From assembly GCA_009602735.1 (NCBI GenBank), contig WELA01003305.1, positions 790,233-844,840 of the forward strand: a stretch of DNA of 54,608 nt, written 5' to 3'. Origin of the DNA: Mesotaenium endlicherianum (Eukaryota). Positions 37,376 to 48,380 of this stretch are shown here, in pieces. Within the stretch, counting starts at the first letter, position 1; each line of letters opens with the position of its first letter. A program made the translations under genes and the position numbers. The notes beneath the pieces are model-generated. The model saw only the letters and a program-made list of their open reading frames with translations, was not told the origin of the DNA and ran no database searches.

Positions 37376-38347
37376 CCACTTTCGACGGGAATTTTTTTCT
37401 CCATTTTTCGGCGTTTCCTAGGGTTTCCAGACAAATCCTTACGCCGGCGCCAACGCAGCGGTTGTTGGTGCAACTGCGCTGCTGCCGCTCTTGCCGCTGG
37501 CCACGACGACAACCTCAACGGTTGGCCACGACGACAACCTCAACGGTCCCTCAGGCCAACTAGGCGCTGTCGGATTTTTTTCCTTTCTTCAGCCCCTTGC
37601 ACATGTTCAAGTCAAAATCTGCACCCGTTTGGGGCTTTTTGCACCGTTTGCACACAAAGGGGTCCATAGGGGACTCTCTTTCTCATCCCCACCCATCCCA
37701 CCAACCATGTGTTCTTGGATGCTATGCGCGTGTTTTGATATACACAAAGGATTTTTGCCCACGGGTCTTTTCCATGACAATGTCGCACTTGTTGTCATTC
37801 TACGGGAATTGACTCTCGCGCACAATTTCTGGATTCAGAAGATTGTCGTCCATATTTGGTCAGGTTTTGACCAGATTTGACATGTTTCTTTGACAATGGG
37901 TTGATTTTGTTGCTCATTTGAGTTTGTGGATTGTTTCCCTTTCTTTATTGCTTTGGCACGAGGCTTTTGCATCTGTTCTATCTCGTCCATTTGTAACTCA
38001 CCCCTCTCATATGGATTTGAGCTTGAAAGCGATAAGAACACCACCCTGCTTATCACAACGCTCACTCAAATCATGTCAAGGTTGACATTGCATTTCACTT
38101 GATAAGTGCCAATTTATTTGAGCTGTTGACAACACAATTTGGTGAGCAGGAAATTCTAGGTGTTTGTGCGCACGCACCAAAGGTTATTGTTCACTCTGGC
38201 ATACCCGATATCAATGTACTTCAAAACGAATATATTTGTATGCAAGTGTTGAGCTTTGCTCAGTTCTTGGAACTCGAGTGCATCCATGATGCCATGTTCT
38301 TGCACTTTTAGCCGCATGATCCTACCCTTGACAAGTGTTACGCACAC

Positions 38348-41300
38348 TTGGCTCGTTTAAGGAAAATGCACAAATGCCTTGCACCAATTTATATTGCTGC
38401 ATTCGCAACACGACACCCGTATGGTGAGTCAATAACTCATTTTCGGGCTAGATTGACAATGCAAAATGGGATTTTGGTAAAGGACCTCCACATTTCTCAC
38501 ATTCCTCTCAAGGCGAGGACATTGCTAGTGATGCATAATGCTTCTTTGGGGTTAAGTATGACATTTGAAACAAAAGTTTCAGGCAAATCATGCTTTACAG
38601 TCATTGATTCAGGCGCATCAGTGAGCTTCATTAGTGCACGTTTTGCACAAGGGATGAAGTTGCTTCCAATACTCAAGGACGAGACCCTTTGCCTCGGCGA
38701 TGGCTCGTTAGCTTGTATTTTTGGAACAATTAAATTACCACTCAGCGTGCAGTCCTTTCATGGGCGTGAACAATTCTACGTCACTGAATTGCCCGCTGGT
38801 ATTGATGCAATTTTGGGTACGACTTGGCTTACGCAGATAAGTGCATTGCTTAACTTCCGTCAAAAGACATGCATTGTTCGCAAAGGGACAAGGAAGATTA
38901 CTCTCCAGTCTCTCAAGCCCGATATGGCCATAGAAAGTCCTTCGAAGACTCTTCTATTGTCCATAAAGCAAGCTCAACGTTTGGCAAAACACGGTCAGAA
39001 TGTTTTCTTTGGATTACTAAGACCCAGCAACTTCAACTACGCTCTTTACGCAAGAGCCGATGTTAGACGTTACTGGTCATGAGGAAACCCTCACAGCTGA
39101 ACTTTCTGCTCTTTTGCAAAAGTACTAATGAGTGTTTCCAAGTGAAATACCCGCCGGGCTTCCGCCTGACAGGGGTATTGGACATACAATCCCTCTCATT
39201 CCCGATTCTCAACCGACTTGGCGACCACTTTATCGCCTAAGCCCGTTGAAGATGAACAAAATGAAAGACCAAATTAGCGACTTGCTGGAGAAAGGATGGA
39301 TTGAGCCGAGCTCTTCTCCATTTGGCGCCCCCATCCTATTTGTTCAAAAGAAAGATGGGACGCTTAGAATGTGCATTGATTATTGTGCGTTGAACAACAT
39401 AACGGTCAAGAACCGCTATTCGTTGCCTCCCATTGATGATTTGTTTGATTTGTTGCAGGGGGCATGCGTGTTCTCCTCGCTTGACTTAGCCCAAGGCTAT
39501 CATCAAATTTGAATCACACCAGAGGATGTCCCCAAAACAGCGTTTCGTACGCCTATTGGGCACTTCCAATACAAAGTCCTCAGTTTTGGACTTACCAGTG
39601 CACCAGCGACATTCCAAAGTACGATGAACGATTTGTTTAGACCTTACTTGGGGAAATTCGTCCAGGTTTACCTCGACGATATCCTCGTCTATTCAAAGAA
39701 CAGGGACGAGCATTACAAGCACCTCGAGTTGGTGTTGCAAATCCTTCGTGAGCAACAGCTGTACGCTAAGCTCAAGAAATGTTCCTTCCTAAAAGACGAA
39801 CTTTTGTATTTGGGACATATAGTGGGTTCGAAAGGGGTGCGCCCTGACCCAGCCAACATTGCGTGCGTCGCTGACTGGCCTGTCCCAAAAGATGTACATA
39901 CCGTACGTTCATTCCTCGGGTTAGCTAACAACTTTTGTAAGTTTATGCAAGGTTGTTCAGTGATGGCCGCGCCACTCACTGCTCTGACAAGGAAAGATAA
40001 GCCGTTCATTTGGGATGACTATACGCAACATGCGTTTGAGCGCATTAAGTATGCACTCACTAATGCGCCACTTCTTTCATTAGCCGATCCCAACTTGCCT
40101 TACGAGGTAGTCGCCGATGCGTCTGGTGTTGGAATAGGGGTTGTGCTGCTGCAGGCAGGCAAGCCTATCAGTTTTGAGAGTCGTAAGCTGACACCTGCCG
40201 AACAAAATTACTCAACGACAGAGCAGGAGCTCTGGGCAGTCATATATACGTTTGAAAACTTGGCGATGTTATTTGGAAGGCTGCAAAGGTTTGACAGTGG
40301 TTACGGACCATTGCCCAAATACCTTCTTTCAAGTACAGCCAACGCTATCGAGGCGCCAGACGAGATGGTCTGAGTTCTTGCAACGATTCCACTTTAACTG
40401 GGCGTATCGCCCTGGTCGCAATAATGTTACGGACCCTCTACGTCGAATTCCCCTTCACCACTTGATGTTGGGGACTGTTGCTAGTTTGCAAGGATGAAAT
40501 GGTCAGGTGTCAAGGGCGGCCACCCTTGATTCTGCTGTACCCCCCCAGACGACTGGCGTTGCACGGCCTGGTGACGCGGGCCAACCCAATTTGGGTAGCA
40601 TGCAAACCTCTGAAATACTTGACCTGCATCAACTATTTCATGAGGGCTATCTCAAAGATCCGTTTTTCCTAGATCTCTAGGGTACTGACTTGAGCGGTGT
40701 AGCCGTGACGATGGACAGTATGGATAAAAGGAAAGGATACTCAAGCTATTTGTTTGAGGACGGTTTTTGGTGGCACATTGGGCGCATTGCTGTCCCACAA
40801 GGCCGAGTAAGACATGTGCTACTACGAGAAGCGCATGACTCTCCTTACTCAAGTCACCATGGAATTACCAAAACCACACACACCTTGCGTCGAGGGTACA
40901 TTTGGCCGTCCCTTAAGGTTGATGTTGCCGAGTACATCGTCAACTGCGCAACATGTCAGAGGAATAAATCGAGCAACACGTTGCCAGCTGGGAAGTTGCA
41001 ACCATTGGAACTTGCATGTGCTCCTTGGGAAAGCATTAGTCTCGACTTTGTCGTGGAATTGCCTACCACCGATAGAGGACACGATGGGGTGTTAACGGTC
41101 GTAGATTGTTTCACTAAGATGGTACACTTTGAGGCCACTAAACCACCACTTGATGCCGTCGAGACCGTGCGTCTCTTCGTAGATCATGTGTTCAAGTTGC
41201 ATGGCATGCCGAAAGAGATCATAAGTGATCGTGAAAGAAGATTTACGAGCCACTTCTGGCAGGAAGTTTGCTCGCACTTTGGCACGAAACTTAAGATGTC

Positions 41301-42194
41301 AACTGGGTTCCATCCTCAGACTGATGGTCAGACAGAACAAATGAACCGCGTTCTGCAACAGTTCCTTAGGCATTATGTGAATCCTCGCCAAGACGACTGG
41401 GACACCCTCCTTTTAGTCGCAGAGTTCGCAGTTAATAATGCTTATCAAAAAAGTGTTAAGGAAACTCCAATTTTCCTTAACTACGGACGACATTCGCACA
41501 CTCCTCTCTCGCACGTCGTTTACGCTGAGGCGGGGCTGTCAACCATAAGAGTGCCAAGTGCACGCCTATTTGTCCATTCTCTTCAAGAGGTGCACAAAAA
41601 TGCGAAGCTGGCTTTAGCCGCTGCTCGAGATCGGCAGAAAACGTTTGCTGACACACGCAGGACTGAGATAAGGTTTCAAGTTGGCAATAAAGTACTTTTG
41701 CAAACAAAAACCTCCAACTCAAGCACCCAGAAAAGCGCAAGCTTCTGCCTCGCTGGGTAGGCCCTTTTATCGTTATCGCAAAGGTTGGCCCTGTTGCATA
41801 CCGACTGGATTTGCCTAAATCCATGGGGCGAACGCATCCTGTGTTCCATGTCAGTTTACTTAAGCTGTTTAGGTCTGATGGCCGCTATCAGCCACAAGCA
41901 CCCAAAATGGAACTTGCCGATGATGATAAGGCCTGGGATGTCGAGGAGGTCTTAGGACACCGCTACACTCGTCATAAGCCTCCACGCGTGGAGCTTTTGA
42001 TAAAGTGGCTTGATTACGATTCCAGTTGGAACTCGTACGAACCTCAGGACGAAATCCTACTTAATTGTAAGGACCTGGTTCAACAATATTGGTTACGATG
42101 GGCTACCGCTCAACAGCTCTGTACCACGGCAAGTGTGCTACCCGGTGCAATTCGTAAGCCAAGGAACAAACGCAAAAGAGACGCGGCCAACTAA
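38348..42194 (+). pseudogene. pol: Element F pol (PR-RT-RH-INT-chromodomain), disrupted; gag not recognisable
   Basis: [68 protein letters not shown]...LIKWLDY. Confidence 0.93.
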
Positions 42195-44739
42195 TCGCTC
42201 TTTTTCGTCACTGTCATGATGCATAGTCCAATCGCTCACCAGCGTTTTCCGCTAGCCAAGGCTAGTATTGACCCATTTAAGACTTGAAAGACGTACGCTT
42301 AACGAGGACGTTAAGTTCTTTTAAGGGGGGAGGAGAGTAACAATCCGAGCTATTTTAGGCGTATTTGGGACGTTTTCCCAATTACCTAAAGTACGTTATA
42401 CTATTTATCATATTATTTGATAAATGATTGCATCATATTCAATTATTTGCCACACGCATGTGTCAATTATTTTTTGGTCGATTGGCGAAACGACCGAGAT
42501 ACTATTGCAAAAAGCGTCGTAACGTAACTCGACTACTTCGCAAAAGTACGACATAATTATTCATAAAGTTACTTTGATTAATTATGAGATGATAACCTAA
42601 TAAATCACTGATTGATTAAATTGATTTGATTGTCATTATTTCGGATAATGCACAGTCTCAGATTTCGCATTTACGACCAGCCGTTAATACGAAGAAACAG
42701 TCGTAAAAGTCAAACGACACACAATATGCAAAGCGACTTTGCATTTGAGCGGATTCGAACCCGCAACCTGTCGTTTGAAACGTTCACACCTCACCGACTG
42801 GCGAAGTAGTTTTCATAACTACCGGTTCATGATGAAAGCACCTGTACGCGACTCCGCGAACAGTCGCGACTTTTCAAAAAGTCGCGTGAAAGCGAATACG
42901 CCCGTTTGGCGTGAAACGGTTTTTCGGAAACCGTCGAAAAGTCTCCAAACGGCCAAACAGCGCGTTTCGATCATTCGGCCGAATGGGTCGTACCCCTTCA
43001 TCCGTTTACGTTGAACATGAACCAGTGCCCTAGGTGGTGACTTGAAGCACTCCAATGCCTCATGTCGTGCAAGTATAAATACTTGCAAGAGTCATTGTGA
43101 GAGCAACTCTCACAAGCACACATTCTACGTTAGTTTTCATTTTCACTTTCTCGAGGATTTGTCAATTTGCACAAGAATATAGATTTTCTTTCCACTTCAT
43201 TTAAACATTCCTTGAATACCGAGGAAAAGGTCCTCTCGAAAAGCAGAAACGTCACAGTCACTCTATTGGGTTGATCATGATTCTTTTTGGCTCTTGGGAT
43301 GGGTGCAGGTTCTACCTGAGACACAGACTCTACAAGATCCGTGACAAAAAAGACCTTTTGTATGAATGTGTACAGAGTTATAGGCAGATTGGTTGGTAGG
43401 TAGGTGGTAAAATGTTGATTCAGCAGATTTTTGGCATTTGTTTTTTATTTCTTGATTTTTAATTTTGAAGAATGTTTTTTGCATATTTGGAAAAAAAGTT
43501 AAATTGAGCATGTGAAGTTCATTTCTGCCTAGATACCAAAAATATGGCATAGATTGAAATGCACATGTAGCAGGACTTACGAGGGTGAGAAAACTAAAAT
43601 GTCAATTTTTTTACGTGTACTTTTCATTAAGTTTCACGATACTCTTAAAGTGTGAAAACACCTTCAAATTTGAAACTTGAAATTGTTATGCAATCCTCTT
43701 ACATAAAAGAACAGTCATGTAAAGTTATAGCATTAAACAATGCCAGGTTGTTAACATATGCCTCTGAACACATGCATTAAAAAGAGTCATCTTTCAAGAA
43801 TAGACGACTTATCGCCTACTTTTGAATATATAGCTCATGGACTCTATCTTGAGCTGTGGTGCTTAGAATGGGCTGTAACTTAACCAGTAGCACTAAGGGG
43901 GGGTGCAGCATTTAGTAGGATCATTTTCAGATCCGTGCTCCAAGTGATTCTGCATTGTACGGACTGGCATGCTTCACATGTGCGAGAAACTCCACATGTC
44001 ACCTTTTGGAGGCTCACAGCCTGTGGTGTAGTTTGATGCTAACTGATGTTTTTTTCATCCATGATTACCCAATTGGGTCGTTAATGCCTCTTCAAAACCT
44101 GGGGGGGATCAAGAAAGTGGAGTACAAGTTATGGCCATTTGTATGAAATGATAAAAGTGCAACATGTAACATTTTTTCAATTATCTCTTACTTTTGCAAA
44201 TTTCAGATTGTGTGCATATCTTGGGTCTCAATAAATGGAATGACCCAAAACTTTACCAATAGCTCTATGAGGGCATGAAAAGTCCAATGAAATAATTTGC
44301 AGATCCGTACTACAAATATACCGCATTTTATGGACTGCCACTCTTCACATGTGTGAAAAGCGCCACATGGCACACTTTGGAGGCCCATAACTTGAAGAGA
44401 TTATATGAAAATTAAATATTTTCTATTTTCTGGCTACCAATGAGGGTCCTTAGTAGCAAAGTGGAGTCAATTAGGAAATTTTTGAACATCTGATGGTCAT
44501 TTGTATGAAGCAGCGAGAATGAGACAAAGTGAGAATTTCCACTTTTATTGACAAATTCTTTACTCTCAATAAAAATGCAATAACTTGTGGAGAATATGTC
44601 AGCTGTATTTGAAACTTTAGGGAGGTTTACATATATTAGTTGTCTATCAGAATCTCAAATTTTAGACCATATCAACAAAACCGCCGCAAATGGCGCTAAA
44701 AAGTACCTAAGTGTCCACAAATTGGACATTTGGGCTACA

Positions 44740-45440
44740 TGTAAGGTTATGAAAGTGTAGTTTGTTTCTTTCTAGTATTTTATATGCATAGAGTGTGATT
44801 GTAGAAGAACTTTGACCTTTATTTCAAGTCATTTGGACAAGTATTGAGATGATTATGAATTTTGGAAGTTTTTAGTGAGTTTTTAATGTCACAGATTCTA
44901 TTTAGTGACGAGGACAGGTCCAGTGACGAAAATTTCGGTTGGAGTCCAGGAAGTAGGACATTGAAACATGAGGGTTCCAGAAAGTACGTACAATTACGTA
45001 GAGTGCCAAAGTGATCGTGGAATTTCTAGAAACTCCGTGAGGAGTTAGTGGATTGTGTAGTAGAATATTCTAGAGTGTGATTGTGTGCGTGTGAGTGTGC
45101 TAGCTTGTCCAACTAGGCAAGGTCAAGTACATGGAAGGAGCCATAGGAGAAGGTTCTGGAGGTACCTTGCTAGAGAGGACACTTAGAGTTAAAGGATAAA
45201 TGGGAAGCACAAGGAAGTAGAGGGAGCTTATTCTAGTCTTACCTTCGTATCTTGTACACGACTTTTCTTAATAAAGTGAGTTCTTTTCCACTCCTCGCTC
45301 ATGTAACTCTCTCTCTCTTGCAAGGGTGGCACGCCACCAGGCCACTCCACCTTGTGTATGCAACTAGGAAAGGTCCTCGTGCACGCTTCCACTCGCGGGT
45401 GAGGGTGCGTGAGTGTGTGTGGGCGCACTCCCCGCACCCT
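44740..45440 (+). mobile_element. LTR H (solo or 5' LTR) distantly related to the A/B LTRs, ending at an N and element G
   Basis: Starts TGTAAGGTTATG (A/B LTR starts TGTAAGGTCATAG), shares AAGTATTGAGA...TTATG, and ends GGGCGCACTCCCCGCACCCT, similar to the A/B end GGGCACTCTGCCCCTTTCA. Confidence 0.65.
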
Positions 45441-46279
45441 NTGAAATAAATCGACTTACCAAATAGGCGATTAACAATTAATAAAGATCTTTATATCAGC
45501 AAGTAATCTTTATGGTATTTTTCGTTAACTGTTTAAACGGCAAAGGACAATACACNACACAAGCAGTGAATAATACTCGTCAGTCAAATGAGAGTAAACT
45601 AGCATCAATAATGCAAATTAGTAAACTCATACATAAGCAAGGTTAGAAGACAGTGCGTATCAATGGCTTCTCGCCTTGGATTCAGATCTCTCTCAGTAAG
45701 CTGTACAGGAGAGTTGGCCTCGTTTCCGAATGCCGAACTCGAGAGCAATGCCTAGCATATGTACATGGAATGAGTTTACTGTTCAACGGTCAGTGCGATG
45801 GCACCGCCTACCCGGGAGTTAACCACGTTGGTAGGACCTCGGTTAACCAAATCCACCGCCATCTCCCATCATCCCGAATAGCCATCTATCATAGGGATGT
45901 CATCAGGCCATTCATCTAGCATATCGTACTTAGGTGTACGTCAAGGCAGTTCGCTGCTACCGAGTACGGAACTCAGCTGGCTGTCAAAGAATGGATCAGC
46001 AAGCTGACTTATAAGGACTTCAGCCTGCTGCTTCCGGCTGAGTCATTAAACTGATAATTATGTAAAGTCCAGCAGACTGACTATTAACTAAAGTTCAGCA
46101 GGCTGAACTTGATGAACTATTATATTTAAATGAATACTATATCCACTAATATACTGATTCATTACAGTCCCTCCAACTTAACTTGTTGTGGCCTCAACAA
46201 CATTAAACTGCAAAAGCCTTAAATAAAGGAACTGACCCTGACCAGCCTCCCCTACTGACTGTCTTTTCAGCCTGTCACC

Positions 46280-47965
46280 TTAAGGGGTTGTTCCTGGGAC
46301 TTCAGGATCAGGAGACGGAGATCTGGACCTAGATCTGGACAACCCTCTAGGTCTGTCAGCAGGCCTTCTAAAGAACCCTGTTTGCTCTAAAGTTGGACCT
46401 CGAGGAGAATGAAGGATGGTAGCCTGTTCTTCAACCACTTGGGTGTTGATCCCCACATAGACAGGCATTCCAGTAGGATGCTGAAATACATTGGCTAGAG
46501 GTACATGCCCCTGAGCGGAGGGGGAGGCTGGCATACCTCTGGCCCACCCGCGTGTCCCTCTTCTGGCACCCCTGTCCTCTGGGGATTTCTGCCTGTGTCT
46601 GCTGCCCAGTACAGTCAGATCAGCTTCTTCCCCTGCTTGGGCAGGTGGGCTGGGGGAGCGAGCGCGGGGTCCAGTTGTCGCCATAACGGGGATCACATTC
46701 CACACACCTGATCGTGGTTCTTTAGGAAGTGCCACTGCCTGTCCCTGGGTATCCTGAGTACCTGCTGCTGATGCTTCTCCTCTGCCTTGTTCTTCTTCCT
46801 CATCCTCCTCATCCTCCTCCTCGGAGAGAGTAGGGGTCTCGTCCACTAAGTCGTCCTGCTCCCTAGTAGACATGGAGTAGTCTACCGACCTCCCTTTCTT
46901 AGGGCGCGCTGGAGGTTGCTTGGCCTTCAGCCTACTGATATCTATCCGGCCTGCATTCTTTGCCCATTTGACAAAGGCATGCTTTCCCTTAGAGAAGTAG
47001 TCTCTTCCCCTCCTCCTATGTTCCTTGGTCTCTGCATTCATATTGCTCAGGCATCCATTCAGCCTGGGGTCCCAAGGGGCAATGTGAGGTGGTAGGATGA
47101 GATAGCCGTCTAGGCCATAGTGGAAGTCATCCGGTTGGGCTCGGTCACACTCCTGCTTCTTATTTGTGACGGTCATCCACCTCCAGTCTGTTGGCTGCTG
47201 GTAGTACTGGGGTCCGTGCTCAGCCTTCCTCAGTTTACACGGGAACCAGTGGGGAGAGAACATCTGCTGTCCTGCTTCCCTGGCCAAGTACTCCCAGCTC
47301 CTTCTCTCAACTTCATTGTAAGCTGGCAGGAGTGTGAGGTAGAATACCGTATCCTTAAAGCTATCGGGCCGCATGCTCACCATCCGGATGAGTCTCTGAT
47401 CTCCCACTATTCCCGGTATGGGGACCGGCTTGTCCTCTGAATCATCTGCGAGATACCGGGCCTGCTCTGCTGTATAGCCCACCATCTTAGCATAATCTTC
47501 GTAAAGGACCACGCCGGTGTGTGTCTCGATGTACCTGTCCAGTGCTGTAGCTCCTTCCTTCTGTAGCAGTGTTGTCTGTTCGAGCCTGTTGATCTCCTGG
47601 GCTGCCAGCAATGCTTCCTTCAGGTTATCGAAGTTTTGGCCACCCACTACAGTATACCTGTAAGTGGCCAAGCTCTTCTGTCTGTCCGCTTCAATCTTTT
47701 TCCTTTTCTCCTCCTCTGCCGCTGCCGCTTCTTCTTGTTGTTTCTTCTGTCTCTCCTCCTCCGCTTTCCTGAGGTTTTCCGCTTCCTGATCCTTCTTCCT
47801 CTGTGCCTCTTCTGCCGCCTCTTGTTGTTTGCGGACCCTTTCTTGTTCTCTCCTGGTGAGGGACGTCGCCGCCAGCTCCTTCTGGTATTGCTCCATTGTC
47901 CTCCTGGTTTCTTCTGCCTTGCGCTTTCTGTCCTCCTTTTGTGTGGTGGGCGCCATACTGTACAT
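46280..47965 (-). CDS. Element G ORF3, ~560-aa protein of unknown function (coiled-coil N-terminus, globular core, acidic tract, RS-rich tail)
   Basis: Uninterrupted ORF in sense with gag-pol, between pol and the 3' LTR; ATGs at 47965 and 47956; diverged homolog at 3341-3921. Confidence 0.85.
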   Translation of the reverse strand: MYSMAPTTQKEDRKRKAEETRRTMEQYQKELAATSLTRREQERVRKQQEAAEEAQRKKDQEAENLRKAEEERQKKQQEEAAAAEEEKRKKIEADRQKSLATYRYTVVGGQNFDNLKEALLAAQEINRLEQTTLLQKEGATALDRYIETHTGVVLYEDYAKMVGYTAEQARYLADDSEDKPVPIPGIVGDQRLIRMVSMRPDSFKDTVFYLTLLPAYNEVERRSWEYLAREAGQQMFSPHWFPCKLRKAEHGPQYYQQPTDWRWMTVTNKKQECDRAQPDDFHYGLDGYLILPPHIAPWDPRLNGCLSNMNAETKEHRRRGRDYFSKGKHAFVKWAKNAGRIDISRLKAKQPPARPKKGRSVDYSMSTREQDDLVDETPTLSEEEDEEDEEEEQGRGEASAAGTQDTQGQAVALPKEPRSGVWNVIPVMATTGPRARSPSPPAQAGEEADLTVLGSRHRQKSPEDRGARRGTRGWARGMPASPSAQGHVPLANVFQHPTGMPVYVGINTQVVEEQATILHSPRGPTLEQTGFFRRPADRPRGLSRSRSRSPSPDPEVPGTTP

Positions 47966-48248
47966 GTAACCAGGGCACAAGTTAGTAGGGTATGGACCTT
48001 TGTCATAGGGATTGCAGGAAGTATGTTAGTATTAGTATAGTGGCTTCGCTGCTGTTTACCTTACAGGATGATTGCTAAAAGTTGACGTAGTTGCGATGCG
48101 CTAAACATAAACGTATGATTGTGTTGTAGGGTGAGTTAAGTGATGTAGTGTTGTGCGAGGCCCTTTTTCCTTCAGCTCAAGGTGCTTTATGTGGGCCAGG
48201 CTGTAGGCTGTCCCCTCTGTCACTATGCTGACACTTAGGGTTCACGTA

Positions 48249-48303
48249 ACTGTCCCTTTATCGCTCTCGCTCACTACTGTCCCTTTATCGCTCTCGCTCA
48301 CTA
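48249..48303. repeat. 27-bp tandem duplication in the pol-ORF3 spacer
   Basis: ACTGTCCCTTTATCGCTCTCGCTCACT twice. Confidence 0.9.
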
Positions 48304-48380
48304 ACTGTCATATATTTTCCCCTCCAACTTAAATGGAGACAGGACCGCCTGTCACCTTCTTGTGTCAACTGAAATGACAA

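Larger units (their letters stand above)
36186..43256 (+). mobile_element. Element F: Ty3/Gypsy chromovirus, LTRs 36186-37096 and 42336-43256, TSD GTCAC, defective
   Basis: GTCAC at 36181-36185 and 43257-43261; PBS 37098-37109; PPT AAGGGGGGAGGAG; the 3' LTR starts AG instead of TG. Confidence 0.95.

Noticed and set aside
43262..44739. AT-rich region as the terminal or TIR region of the Transib-like element
   Set aside because: It is plausibly the upstream region, but no TIR could be identified before LTR H interrupts it, so I did not call it as a feature.
46280..47980. ORF3 as an envelope (env-like) gene
   Set aside because: No signal peptide or hydrophobic transmembrane stretch is visible; the protein is highly charged.
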